Shown here in pieces: positions 38,200-50,700 of a stretch of DNA of 64,000 nt. Location: the NCBI RefSeq assembly GCF_004010195.1, contig NC_057718.1, forward strand, positions 88,206,876 through 88,270,875. The letters are read 5' to 3'. A model generated the notes under the pieces. That model ran no database searches, was not told the DNA's origin, and was given only the letters and a program-made list of their open reading frames with translations. The DNA is from Chiloscyllium plagiosum. Its lineage: Eukaryota. Position numbers and translations under genes: made by a program. The first letter of the stretch is position 1; every line of letters begins with the position of its first letter.

Positions 38200-40320
38200 A
38201 CAATTATTGCCCGTCATTAATTTCCTTTCAGGAGGTAATGATAATCTGCATTCCATGTGGTGTTTGCATACGTGTAATATTGTTAGAGGAGGATTTCCAG
38301 GACTTTGATCCAATAACAGTGAAAGAACAGTACTATAATTCCAATTCAGGATGGTGTATAGCTTGGAGGGGAACTTTCAGGTAGCAGTCTCCGTTTGTCT
38401 ACTGCCCTTGCCGTTTAGGTGATTGAGGTTGTGGGTTTGGAAGGATTCTGAAGAGCCAGGGTGAGTTGTTGCAGTGCCTCTTATAATTGGTACACACTGT
38501 TGTCATTGTGCATTGATGATGGAGGATTTGAATATTGAAGATGTTTGGTGAGGTACCAGTCAAGTAAACATGCTTTTTCTGGATAGTGCTGAGCAACATG
38601 GGGGTTGTTGAAACTGCACTCATCTGCACAAGTGAAGAGTATTCATCTCGATTTGATGTGTCTTGAGGATTCACACTTGGGCTTTGTGGAATCAGGAGAT
38701 GAGTTACTTGCTGCAGATTTCTCAGCCTATGACCTGCTCTTAGTGTTGTCTTACTCACATGCCTGACTCAATTCAGCTTCTGGTCAGTGGTAGTCTCTGA
38801 ATGTTAACCCCCAAGATGCCAATAATAAAGGATTCTGTGTAGGTAATATCATTGAAAATCAAAGGGTGATGATTACGTTTTCTGTTTGTGATGGATATTC
38901 CCTGGCACTTTTATGCCTACATGGTATTATCATGTATCAGCCCCCAACTTGGATGTTGTCCAGATCTTGTTACGTATGCACATGTTGTGTCAGATGCTGA
39001 AGCAGTCCAAATGGTGTTGAACATCGTGCAGTCATCCTCACCTCCACCCTTATTGTTGAAGGAAGATCATTGATGAAGTAGCTGAGCGTGTTTGGGCCGA
39101 AGGAACCATCCTAAGGAACTCCTACTGTGATGTCCTTTGGCCAAGATGATTGGCCTCCAACAATCACAGTCCTCTTTCCTTTTACCAATGAGAGTTTCCT
39201 CCTCAGTTTCCATTGATAATCAGTTTTGCTTTGGCTCCTTAATCCTTAATCAAATTTCATCGAATCTTGCCTTGGTATCAAGGACATTCGCCCTTATTTT
39301 TTTTTCCCCTCTGGAATTCACCTCTCTTGTCACCATTAGGACCAAGGCTATAACGAGGCTCGGAGTGTAGTGGTGTTGTCATAGCCTACACTAAGCATCA
39401 GTGAGCAGATTATCGTTGAGGGAATGGCCCTTGATAACACTGACACTATTCTTCATTTCTGGATCAGTGGAGATTTCTGGAGATTTCGCTGCTCATTGGA
39501 TGCTGCCTGAATTGCTGTGCTCTTCCAGCACCTCTGATCCAGAATCTGGTTTCCAGCATCTGCAGTTATTGTTTTTACCACTATTCTTCATTTGCTGATT
39601 GAGAACAGGCATGGTAATTCACCAAGTTGCATTTGTTCTGCTTTTTGTGCACAAGATCTTCTTGGGCAAATTTACTTGTTGTGTAGATGAAAGTATTAGA
39701 GATGAGCTGGATGGCTTGACTAGGAACAAGATTAGTTCTTCAGTAATCGTACTGGAGTGAGACCCATCTTCTTTATCAATAATCTGTCCAATTTTTGTGT
39801 CACCTGCAAATTTCGTAGTTTCCCCATTTAAGTTTGCATCATTAATATATGCCACAAACAGCAAGAGACATAAAACAGATCCCTGTGGAGCACCACGGCT
39901 CCCATTTCCAAAAACATCCTTAGACCAAAACCTTTTGTTTCCTGTCACCTGAGCCAGTTTTCAATCAAATTGACACATTCTCCTGTATTCCATACAGGTT
40001 TTTTTATTTGCTGTTTGACATGTAAGACCTTGTCAAATATCTTATTAAAATCCACTACAATACAATCTATCACATCCATTACAATACCCTCATCAATTCT
40101 CCTGGTTACTTTCTCAAAAAATTCAATTAAGTTTGGAAGACAGGACCTTCCCTTAACAAAATCATGGTGCATATTTCTGATTAATCAGTTCCTGTCCAAG
40201 TAACAATTAATCCTGTGTCTCAATATCAATCCCGGTAATTTGTCTATCACTGAAGTCAGACTGACTGCTCTATAATCATTTGGCCTATCCATTGCACCCT
40301 TTTTAAATTATGGTACATGA
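38200..40320 (-). mobile_element. Old L2-like and CR1 RT fragments
   Basis: GRSCLPNLIEFFEKVT...VDFNKIFDKV and GAPQGSVL; similarity to the 26870-30380 LINE. Confidence 0.65.
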
Positions 40321-40619
40321 AACAAGTCATTGCAAGCAGGTTCTCTCACATTACAGGTGAGTAAAGTGATGCACGTTAGCTTGTATAATGTAATAATTAT
40401 ATTTATTACCACACCCTTTTTACTTTATGTATGTTCATTTTCTTACTATTAAAAAGAATAGTTTTTGTACATCTGGCACATCATAAAACTGATCCTGGAC
40501 ATTTTGGACCAATTGCAAAGAAGAGGTTTTTTTTGAATATTTGTATTTATTTTACATGGTAGACTCGCAGGAAAGGCTTGTTAGGTAGTCCTGTGTGAAT
40601 ATGCTATCTGATAAATTGT

Positions 40620-40945
40620 TGTGGTTCTGTTCGCCAAGCTGGGAATTTGTGTTGCAAACGTTTCGTCCTCTGTCTAGGTGACATTCTCAGTGCTTGGGAG
40701 CCTCCTGTGAAGTGCTTCTGTGATGTTTCCTCCGGCATTTATAGTGGTTTGTCTCTGCTGCTTCTGGTTGTCAGTTCCAGCTGTTCGCTGCAGTGGCCGG
40801 TATATTGGGTCCAGGTCGATGTGTTTGTTGATGGAATCTGTGGATGAGTGCCATGTCTCTAGGAATTCCCTGGCTGTACTGTTTGGCTTGTCCTATAATA
40901 GTAGTGTTGTCCCAGTCGAACTCATGTTGCTTGTCATGACCCGAG
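40620..40945 (-). mobile_element. PLE 3' fragment (end of the endonuclease plus terminus with a degenerate hammerhead)
   Basis: HEFDWDNTTIIGQAK...AWHSSTDSINKHIDLDPIY, related to 44130-44456. Confidence 0.75.
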
Positions 40946-42314
40946 CTACAAATCTTTTCAAACTTTGATCTGATAAATTGCCTGATAGATGGCACCCCAT
41001 CTATTGTTTCTTTTAGTGTCAGTGAATTAAATTGAATTGATCGTTCCAAGGAAGGAAATATTATTCTTGGAGTGGATACATTACACATTCAGCACAATGG
41101 TAAAAACCAAAAGAACTGTGGATGCTGAAAATCAGAAACAAAAACAGGTATTACTGGAAAAGCTCAGCAGATCTGGCAGCATCTGTGGAGTGAAATCAGA
41201 GTTAACGTTTCACGTCCAATGACTCTTCCTCAGAACTGATGATAGCTAAGAAAAAGTTGGTCTTTATGCAGAAGATAGAACGGGGAGAGGGAGGTAAGGA
41301 GCAAACAGTAGGTAGGGATAGAGCCCAAAGAGAGGAGAAGAGTTGGATTGACAAAGGACTGGAAAATGATCAGCATAGGAGGATGAATAGCTACTAATGG
41401 GGACTCCTTTGTCTGTCTAACTGTTCTTTCTCTTTCTTTTGGCTCCATCTCCACCTATCATTAACTCCTTACCCTTTCCTCCCACGCTAATTTCTGCATA
41501 AAAAAACAACTTTTTCCTAGTTACCATCAATTCTGAGGAATGGTCACTGGACCTGAAGTGTTCTAATTCGTCTCCACAGATGCTGCCAGATCTGCTGAGC
41601 TGCTTCAGTACAATGGTAACATGGACTCAAAGGACTATGGTGGCAAGATGCAGAGTATGAGCTTGTATTCCTTGAGCATAGGAACCTTCAAAGTGATTTA
41701 ATGATATTTCAAATTCTCCAAAACATTTGCTGAGCTAGTTAGGCAAGTTTATTCGTTCCCTGCAAGTCCACAACAGTGAGACACAACCTTTAGAGCTAGG
41801 TTTTTCAGGGCTGATAGTAGACACCAGCGTCATTCAAGGAATGCTTTCTCTGAGAAAACTGTTGAATCTAGTTACTTGAAAAGTTCAAGCCTGAGATTGA
41901 CTGACCAATTCCTGTTAGATATTGATGTTATAATATCTGAAAGCAAGGTGAATAAATAGTTTTATAGTAAAGATCATATACGATCTGTTCAATGTGCTCT
42001 CATGTTCCAGCTGTGATATAAGTTCTAGGCTGATATGGTACAGCCCATCAGATAGCACTTATCCCACGCCTTGTCCTAATAAATTGTATTTTAACTTGTA
42101 ATATTAGTTCAAACATCTTGGTTAAATATAATAATCTGTTCCATTTACTTTGTGACTGGAGCTGAACTGATTTAGTTATAATGTACACCTGATTGCTTGC
42201 TTTTTGAATTTCTGTCAATTAGGTTTTGTGTAAAGAAAAAATGCTTACACATAGTAGAGACACTGATCTATGACAATCAGCTGAGTTTCACAATATTTGT
42301 CTTTTCCACTGCAG

Positions 42315-42417
42315 CGACTAGGGATCCAGAAAAAGGACCCCCGTCAGTTGGCACCAGAAGAAGTCTCAAAATTTGTTCGTTTGGACATTGATCCATCTAC
42401 AATTACCTGGCAACGAG
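42315..42417 (+). CDS. MTHFD1L: MTHFD1L exon [34 protein letters not shown]
   Basis: cag/gtgaga sites, 103 nt, ends in phase 1; [12 protein letters not shown] is identical to human. Confidence 0.95.
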
Positions 42418-42654
42418 GTGAGAGATTTTTTAAAAGCTAACATTAAATTTTTTGTTTCATTAGAGACAGGTGAAATGATTAGAGGGGAGAATTATCTCAT
42501 TTTGTGAAATGATTTACTAGCTTTAAAATCAAAGGAGGATGGTGATTGGAATTGCTGAGTAACTATTATTCCAGTATGTATCAGCCCTCCACTGTATGAA
42601 TGGGAGGAAAATCCAGCAAATAGACTGTTGGAATAGTGTGAAATGATCCAAAGT

Positions 42655-44456
42655 TCAAGGTTTGTAGCTCAGGTTGAGATTTAGGGTGTAGGTTTGCTCG
42701 CTGAATAGAAGGGACTACATTGAGAAAGCCAATGCACTACTCGCAGACACCAACACCTACCAATAGGTGGCGCTAGACCTGACCCCACAACTAGGAAACA
42801 AAATTACATATCTCCTAAGAAAATTGCACAATTCCAGACAATTAAACAAGACAGAATTACAGAAAATGAAACCCGACGGGACCAACGCCCCATGATTCTA
42901 CGGACTACCAAAAATCCATAAACCAGGAGCCTCCCTCAGACCTATAGTTGCACTACCCGAACACCAACTTACATACTGGCCAAAGAACTACACGCAATAC
43001 TGAAATACCTAGTAGAAGAGTCACAGCACTCCATCCATTCCACCCATGAATTCCTAAAAATCATCAAAAACACTAAAATAGAGGAAGACGAAGCAATGAT
43101 CTCATTCGACATAACAGCACTGTTCACCTCCATCAACATCGACCTGGCAAAGGAAACGCTTACCACACTTTTAGAAGAGACCATCACACACACACACACC
43201 AACCACCATCAATCACATTACCAACGAAAACATCATGAAGCTAGTGGATCTGTGCCCCACCACCCACTTCACTTTCAACAACATAGTCTACAAACAAACC
43301 AACGACACACCCAATGGATCTCCGCTATCAGGATTCATAGCAGAAGCAGTAATGCAAAGACTAGAACAAACAGCCCTACCAACCATCAAACCAAAAATCT
43401 GGGTCTGCTACGTAGATGACACATTTGTATTTAACAAAACGAAACAAGATAGAAGAGACATTTAACATCATCAACAACACCCTCACAGGCATAAAGTTCA
43501 CCAAGGAGGAAGAAACCGACAACAAACTCGCATTCCTGGATGTCACAGTCGAAAGAAAGGACAATGGAGAACTACAAACCTGCGTATACAGAAAACCGAC
43601 AAACACTGACCAAATACTTAACCACACCAGCAACCATCCCAACACACACAAACGAAGCTGTATCAGAACACTATTCCAACGGGTCACCACACACTGCAGC
43701 ACAGACAAACTGCGCAAAACAGAGGAGAACCACATATACAACATACTCAAGAAGAATGGATACTCAAAAAATACAGTGCGCAGATTCCTCAAGAACAAAC
43801 CACAACAAGCAGATCAAACACAGCCAGAAACCCTAATCACCTTACCATACATCAAAGAAGTTTCAGAAATGACAGCCAGACTACTAAGACCCCTCGGAAT
43901 CCTAGTAGCACACAAACCCACCAACACTCTCAAACAAAAACTAACAAACTTACAAGACCCAGTACATCCCATGGACAAAACCAATGTCATCTACAAATTT
44001 GCATGCATAGGACTGCCACAAACACGACATAGGACAAACAGGAAGAAAGTTAGCCACCAGGATACACGAACACCAGCTAGCCACAAAAAGACACGACCCT
44101 CTCTCCCTTGCAGCCCTACATACGGATGAAAAAAGCCACTATTTCGACTGGAACAACACATCTATCCTGGGACAGGCTAAGCAAAGGCATGCCAGAGAAT
44201 TCCTAGATGCCTGGCACTGCAACCACAACGCCATAAACAAACACACAGATCTGGATGCCATCTATCAACCCCTCAGAAAACGAACAGGAAATGACATCAC
44301 CACAAACCCCAGGAACCCCATCCGGAGAAAGATATAAATAGAAAGCAGGAGACAACAGCTTCGCTTCACTTGGAGGTCGCCACTGATGATGTTACCTAGC
44401 CAGGTAACGAAACGTCTGGATATCAAATCTACAGCTCAGCGAGCAAACCTACACTC
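42655..44456 (+). mobile_element. Penelope-like element (RT and GIY-YIG), 5'-truncated, with a 12-bp TSD and an inverted 5' copy of its 3' end
   Basis: TSD ATGATCCAAAGT at 42643-42654 and 44457-44468. Motifs YGLPKIHK, SFDITALFT, YVDD and NVIYK...IGQTGRK. gtgtaggtttgctcgctga is inverted relative to tcagcgagcaaacctacac. Confidence 0.92.
44380..44419 (+). ncRNA. Minimal type I hammerhead ribozyme motif in the PLE terminus
   Basis: CCA-CTGATGA-T-GTTACCT(AGCC)AGGTAAC-GAAAC-GTC-TGG: core boxes, 7-bp stem II and 3-bp stem I. Confidence 0.75.
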
Positions 44457-44770
44457 ATGATCCAAAGTACTTGACAGCTGCTGAAGTACTCGGAAGTGGA
44501 ATTACTACACAAATATAGGAAATATGTCTGCCAATTTGTACAGAGTTAGATTCTATAAACATCCAATTGCCAATGACTAGATCATGTATTTAGTGGTGTT
44601 GGCTGAGGAATAAGTACTTGCCAAGATCTGGAAAAAATACTCCTCCCTTAAACTAGTATTATGGGATCTTTTATATCTATCTGAGACAGATGTTGTGTAC
44701 TATACTGTATACTGCCCAGCTCAATCATCTCTTGGACGGCCTTACCAACTCCCTGCTATCTCTCCCACTC

Positions 44771-47700
44771 CCTCTCCGCCTCCCTCCTCTCCGCCTCCCT
44801 CCTCTCCGCCTCCCTCCTCTCCGCCTCCCTCCTCTCCGCCTCCCTCCTCTCCGCCTCCCTCCTCTCCGCCTCCCTCCTCTCCGCCTCCCTCCTCTCCGCC
44901 TCCCTCCTCTCCGCCTCCCTCCTCTCCGCCTCCCTCCTCTCCGCCTCCCTCCTCTCCGCCTCCCTCCTCTCCGCCTCCCTCCTCTCCGCCTCCCTCCTCT
45001 CCGCCTCCCTCCTCTCCGCCTCCCTCCTCTCCGCCTCCCTCCTCTCCGCCTCCCTCCTCTCCGCCTCCCTCCTCTCCGCCTCCCTCCTCTCCGCCTCCCT
45101 CCTCTCCGCCTCCCTCCTCTCCGCCTCCCTCCTCTCCGCCTCCCTCCTCTCCGCCTCCCTCCTCTCCGCCTCCCTCCTCTCCGCCTCCCTCCTCTCCGCC
45201 TCCCTCCTCTCCGCCTCCCTCCTCTCCGCCTCCCTCCTCTCCGCCTCCCTCCTCTCCGCCTCCCTCCTCTCCGCCTCCCTCCTCTCCGCCTCCCTCCTCT
45301 CCGCCTCCCTCCTCTCCGCCTCCCTCCTCTCCGCCTCCCTCCTCTCCGCCTCCCTCCTCTCCGCCTCCCTCCTCTCCGCCTCCCTCCTCTCCGCCTCCCT
45401 CCTCTCCGCCTCCCTCCTCTCCGCCTCCCTCCTCTCCGCCTCCCTCCTCTCCGCCTCCCTCCTCTCCGCCTCCCTCCTCTCCGCCTCCCTCCTCTCCGCC
45501 TCCCTCCTCTCCGCCTCCCTCCTCTCCGCCTCCCTCCTCTCCGCCTCCCTCCTCTCCGCCTCCCTCCTCTCCGCCTCCCTCCTCTCCGCCTCCCTCCTCT
45601 CCGCCTCCCTCCTCTCCGCCTCCCTCCTCTCCGCCTCCCTCCTCTCCGCCTCCCTCCTCTCCGCCTCCCTCCTCTCCGCCTCCCTCCTCTCCGCCTCCCT
45701 CCTCTCCGCCTCCCTCCTCTCCGCCTCCCTCCTCTCCGCCTCCCTCCTCTCCGCCTCCCTCCTCTCCGCCTCCCTCCTCTCCGCCTCCCTCCTCTCCGCC
45801 TCCCTCCTCTCCGCCTCCCTCCTCTCCGCCTCCCTCCTCTCCGCCTCCCTCCTCTCCGCCTCCCTCCTCTCCGCCTCCCTCCTCTCCGCCTCCCTCCTCT
45901 CCGCCTCCCTCCTCTCCGCCTCCCTCCTCTCCGCCTCCCTCCTCTCCGCCTCCCTCCTCTCCGCCTCCCTCCTCTCCGCCTCCCTCCTCTCCGCCTCCCT
46001 CCTCTCCGCCTCCCTCCTCTCCGCCTCCCTCCTCTCCGCCTCCCTCCTCTCCGCCTCCCTCCTCTCCGCCTCCCTCCTCTCCGCCTCCCTCCTCTCCGCC
46101 TCCCTCCTCTCCGCCTCCCTCCTCTCCGCCTCCCTCCTCTCCGCCTCCCTCCTCTCCGCCTCCCTCCTCTCCGCCTCCCTCCTCTCCGCCTCCCTCCTCT
46201 CCGCCTCCCTCCTCTCCGCCTCCCTCCTCTCCGCCTCCCTCCTCTCCGCCTCCCTCCTCTCCGCCTCCCTCCTCTCCGCCTCCCTCCTCTCCGCCTCCCT
46301 CCTCTCCGCCTCCCTCCTCTCCGCCTCCCTCCTCTCCGCCTCCCTCCTCTCCGCCTCCCTCCTCTCCGCCTCCCTCCTCTCCGCCTCCCTCCTCTCCGCC
46401 TCCCTCCTCTCCGCCTCCCTCCTCTCCGCCTCCCTCCTCTCCGCCTCCCTCCTCTCCGCCTCCCTCCTCTCCGCCTCCCTCCTCTCCGCCTCCCTCCTCT
46501 CCGCCTCCCTCCTCTCCGCCTCCCTCCTCTCCGCCTCCCTCCTCTCCGCCTCCCTCCTCTCCGCCTCCCTCCTCTCCGCCTCCCTCCTCTCCGCCTCCCT
46601 CCTCTCCGCCTCCCTCCTCTCCGCCTCCCTCCTCTCCGCCTCCCTCCTCTCCGCCTCCCTCCTCTCCGCCTCCCTCCTCTCCGCCTCCCTCCTCTCCGCC
46701 TCCCTCCTCTCCGCCTCCCTCCTCTCCGCCTCCCTCCTCTCCGCCTCCCTCCTCTCCGCCTCCCTCCTCTCCGCCTCCCTCCTCTCCGCCTCCCTCCTCT
46801 CCGCCTCCCTCCTCTCCGCCTCCCTCCTCTCCGCCTCCCTCCTCTCCGCCTCCCTCCTCTCCGCCTCCCTCCTCTCCGCCTCCCTCCTCTCCGCCTCCCT
46901 CCTCTCCGCCTCCCTCCTCTCCGCCTCCCTCCTCTCCGCCTCCCTCCTCTCCGCCTCCCTCCTCTCCGCCTCCCTCCTCTCCGCCTCCCTCCTCTCCGCC
47001 TCCCTCCTCTCCGCCTCCCTCCTCTCCGCCTCCCTCCTCTCCGCCTCCCTCCTCTCCGCCTCCCTCCTCTCCGCCTCCCTCCTCTCCGCCTCCCTCCTCT
47101 CCGCCTCCCTCCTCTCCGCCTCCCTCCTCTCCGCCTCCCTCCTCTCCGCCTCCCTCCTCTCCGCCTCCCTCCTCTCCGCCTCCCTCCTCTCCGCCTCCCT
47201 CCTCTCCGCCTCCCTCCTCTCCGCCTCCCTCCTCTCCGCCTCCCTCCTCTCCGCCTCCCTCCTCTCCGCCTCCCTCCTCTCCGCCTCCCTCCTCTCCGCC
47301 TCCCTCCTCTCCGCCTCCCTCCTCTCCGCCTCCCTCCTCTCCGCCTCCCTCCTCTCCGCCTCCCTCCTCTCCGCCTCCCTCCTCTCCGCCTCCCTCCTCT
47401 CCGCCTCCCTCCTCTCCGCCTCCCTCCTCTCCGCCTCCCTCCTCTCCGCCTCCCTCCTCTCCGCCTCCCTCCTCTCCGCCTCCCTCCTCTCCGCCTCCCT
47501 CCTCTCCGCCTCCCTCCTCTCCGCCTCCCTCCTCTCCGCCTCCCTCCTCTCCGCCTCCCTCCTCTCCGCCTCCCTCCTCTCCGCCTCCCTCCTCTCCGCC
47601 TCCCTCCTCTCCGCCTCCCTCCTCTCCGCCTCCCTCCTCTCCGCCTCCCTCCTCTCCGCCTCCCTCCTCTCCGCCTCCCTCCTCTCCGCCTCCCTCCTCT

Positions 47701-50700
47701 CCGCCTCCCTCCTCTCCGCCTCCCTCCTCTCCGCCTCCCTCCTCTCCGCCTCCCTCCTCTCCGCCTCCCTCCTCTCCGCCTCCCTCCTCTCCGCCTCCCT
47801 CCTCTCCGCCTCCCTCCTCTCCGCCTCCCTCCTCTCCGCCTCCCTCCTCTCCGCCTCCCTCCTCTCCGCCTCCCTCCTCTCCGCCTCCCTCCTCTCCGCC
47901 TCCCTCCTCTCCGCCTCCCTCCTCTCCGCCTCCCTCCTCTCCGCCTCCCTCCTCTCCGCCTCCCTCCTCTCCGCCTCCCTCCTCTCCGCCTCCCTCCTCT
48001 CCGCCTCCCTCCTCTCCGCCTCCCTCCTCTCCGCCTCCCTCCTCTCCGCCTCCCTCCTCTCCGCCTCCCTCCTCTCCGCCTCCCTCCTCTCCGCCTCCCT
48101 CCTCTCCGCCTCCCTCCTCTCCGCCTCCCTCCTCTCCGCCTCCCTCCTCTCCGCCTCCCTCCTCTCCGCCTCCCTCCTCTCCGCCTCCCTCCTCTCCGCC
48201 TCCCTCCTCTCCGCCTCCCTCCTCTCCGCCTCCCTCCTCTCCGCCTCCCTCCTCTCCGCCTCCCTCCTCTCCGCCTCCCTCCTCTCCGCCTCCCTCCTCT
48301 CCGCCTCCCTCCTCTCCGCCTCCCTCCTCTCCGCCTCCCTCCTCTCCGCCTCCCTCCTCTCCGCCTCCCTCCTCTCCGCCTCCCTCCTCTCCGCCTCCCT
48401 CCTCTCCGCCTCCCTCCTCTCCGCCTCCCTCCTCTCCGCCTCCCTCCTCTCCGCCTCCCTCCTCTCCGCCTCCCTCCTCTCCGCCTCCCTCCTCTCCGCC
48501 TCCCTCCTCTCCGCCTCCCTCCTCTCCGCCTCCCTCCTCTCCGCCTCCCTCCTCTCCGCCTCCCTCCTCTCCGCCTCCCTCCTCTCCGCCTCCCTCCTCT
48601 CCGCCTCCCTCCTCTCCGCCTCCCTCCTCTCCGCCTCCCTCCTCTCCGCCTCCCTCCTCTCCGCCTCCCTCCTCTCCGCCTCCCTCCTCTCCGCCTCCCT
48701 CCTCTCCGCCTCCCTCCTCTCCGCCTCCCTCCTCTCCGCCTCCCTCCTCTCCGCCTCCCTCCTCTCCGCCTCCCTCCTCTCCGCCTCCCTCCTCTCCGCC
48801 TCCCTCCTCTCCGCCTCCCTCCTCTCCGCCTCCCTCCTCTCCGCCTCCCTCCTCTCCGCCTCCCTCCTCTCCGCCTCCCTCCTCTCCGCCTCCCTCCTCT
48901 CCGCCTCCCTCCTCTCCGCCTCCCTCCTCTCCGCCTCCCTCCTCTCCGCCTCCCTCCTCTCCGCCTCCCTCCTCTCCGCCTCCCTCCTCTCCGCCTCCCT
49001 CCTCTCCGCCTCCCTCCTCTCCGCCTCCCTCCTCTCCGCCTCCCTCCTCTCCGCCTCCCTCCTCTCCGCCTCCCTCCTCTCCGCCTCCCTCCTCTCCGCC
49101 TCCCTCCTCTCCGCCTCCCTCCTCTCCGCCTCCCTCCTCTCCGCCTCCCTCCTCTCCGCCTCCCTCCTCTCCGCCTCCCTCCTCTCCGCCTCCCTCCTCT
49201 CCGCCTCCCTCCTCTCCGCCTCCCTCCTCTCCGCCTCCCTCCTCTCCGCCTCCCTCCTCTCCGCCTCCCTCCTCTCCGCCTCCCTCCTCTCCGCCTCCCT
49301 CCTCTCCGCCTCCCTCCTCTCCGCCTCCCTCCTCTCCGCCTCCCTCCTCTCCGCCTCCCTCCTCTCCGCCTCCCTCCTCTCCGCCTCCCTCCTCTCCGCC
49401 TCCCTCCTCTCCGCCTCCCTCCTCTCCGCCTCCCTCCTCTCCGCCTCCCTCCTCTCCGCCTCCCTCCTCTCCGCCTCCCTCCTCTCCGCCTCCCTCCTCT
49501 CCGCCTCCCTCCTCTCCGCCTCCCTCCTCTCCGCCTCCCTCCTCTCCGCCTCCCTCCTCTCCGCCTCCCTCCTCTCCGCCTCCCTCCTCTCCGCCTCCCT
49601 CCTCTCCGCCTCCCTCCTCTCCGCCTCCCTCCTCTCCGCCTCCCTCCTCTCCGCCTCCCTCCTCTCCGCCTCCCTCCTCTCCGCCTCCCTCCTCTCCGCC
49701 TCCCTCCTCTCCGCCTCCCTCCTCTCCGCCTCCCTCCTCTCCGCCTCCCTCCTCTCCGCCTCCCTCCTCTCCGCCTCCCTCCTCTCCGCCTCCCTCCTCT
49801 CCGCCTCCCTCCTCTCCGCCTCCCTCCTCTCCGCCTCCCTCCTCTCCGCCTCCCTCCTCTCCGCCTCCCTCCTCTCCGCCTCCCTCCTCTCCGCCTCCCT
49901 CCTCTCCGCCTCCCTCCTCTCCGCCTCCCTCCTCTCCGCCTCCCTCCTCTCCGCCTCCCTCCTCTCCGCCTCCCTCCTCTCCGCCTCCCTCCTCTCCGCC
50001 TCCCTCCTCTCCGCCTCCCTCCTCTCCGCCTCCCTCCTCTCCGCCTCCCTCCTCTCCGCCTCCCTCCTCTCCGCCTCCCTCCTCTCCGCCTCCCTCCTCT
50101 CCGCCTCCCTCCTCTCCGCCTCCCTCCTCTCCGCCTCCCTCCTCTCCGCCTCCCTCCTCTCCGCCTCCCTCCTCTCCGCCTCCCTCCTCTCCGCCTCCCT
50201 CCTCTCCGCCTCCCTCCTCTCCGCCTCCCTCCTCTCCGCCTCCCTCCTCTCCGCCTCCCTCCTCTCCGCCTCCCTCCTCTCCGCCTCCCTCCTCTCCGCC
50301 TCCCTCCTCTCCGCCTCCCTCCTCTCCGCCTCCCTCCTCTCCGCCTCCCTCCTCTCCGCCTCCCTCCTCTCCGCCTCCCTCCTCTCCGCCTCCCTCCTCT
50401 CCGCCTCCCTCCTCTCCGCCTCCCTCCTCTCCGCCTCCCTCCTCTCCGCCTCCCTCCTCTCCGCCTCCCTCCTCTCCGCCTCCCTCCTCTCCGCCTCCCT
50501 CCTCTCCGCCTCCCTCCTCTCCGCCTCCCTCCTCTCCGCCTCCCTCCTCTCCGCCTCCCTCCTCTCCGCCTCCCTCCTCTCCGCCTCCCTCCTCTCCGCC
50601 TCCCTCCTCTCCGCCTCCCTCCTCTCCGCCTCCCTCCTCTCCGCCTCCCTCCTCTCCGCCTCCCTCCTCTCCGCCTCCCTCCTCTCCGCCTCCCTCCTCT

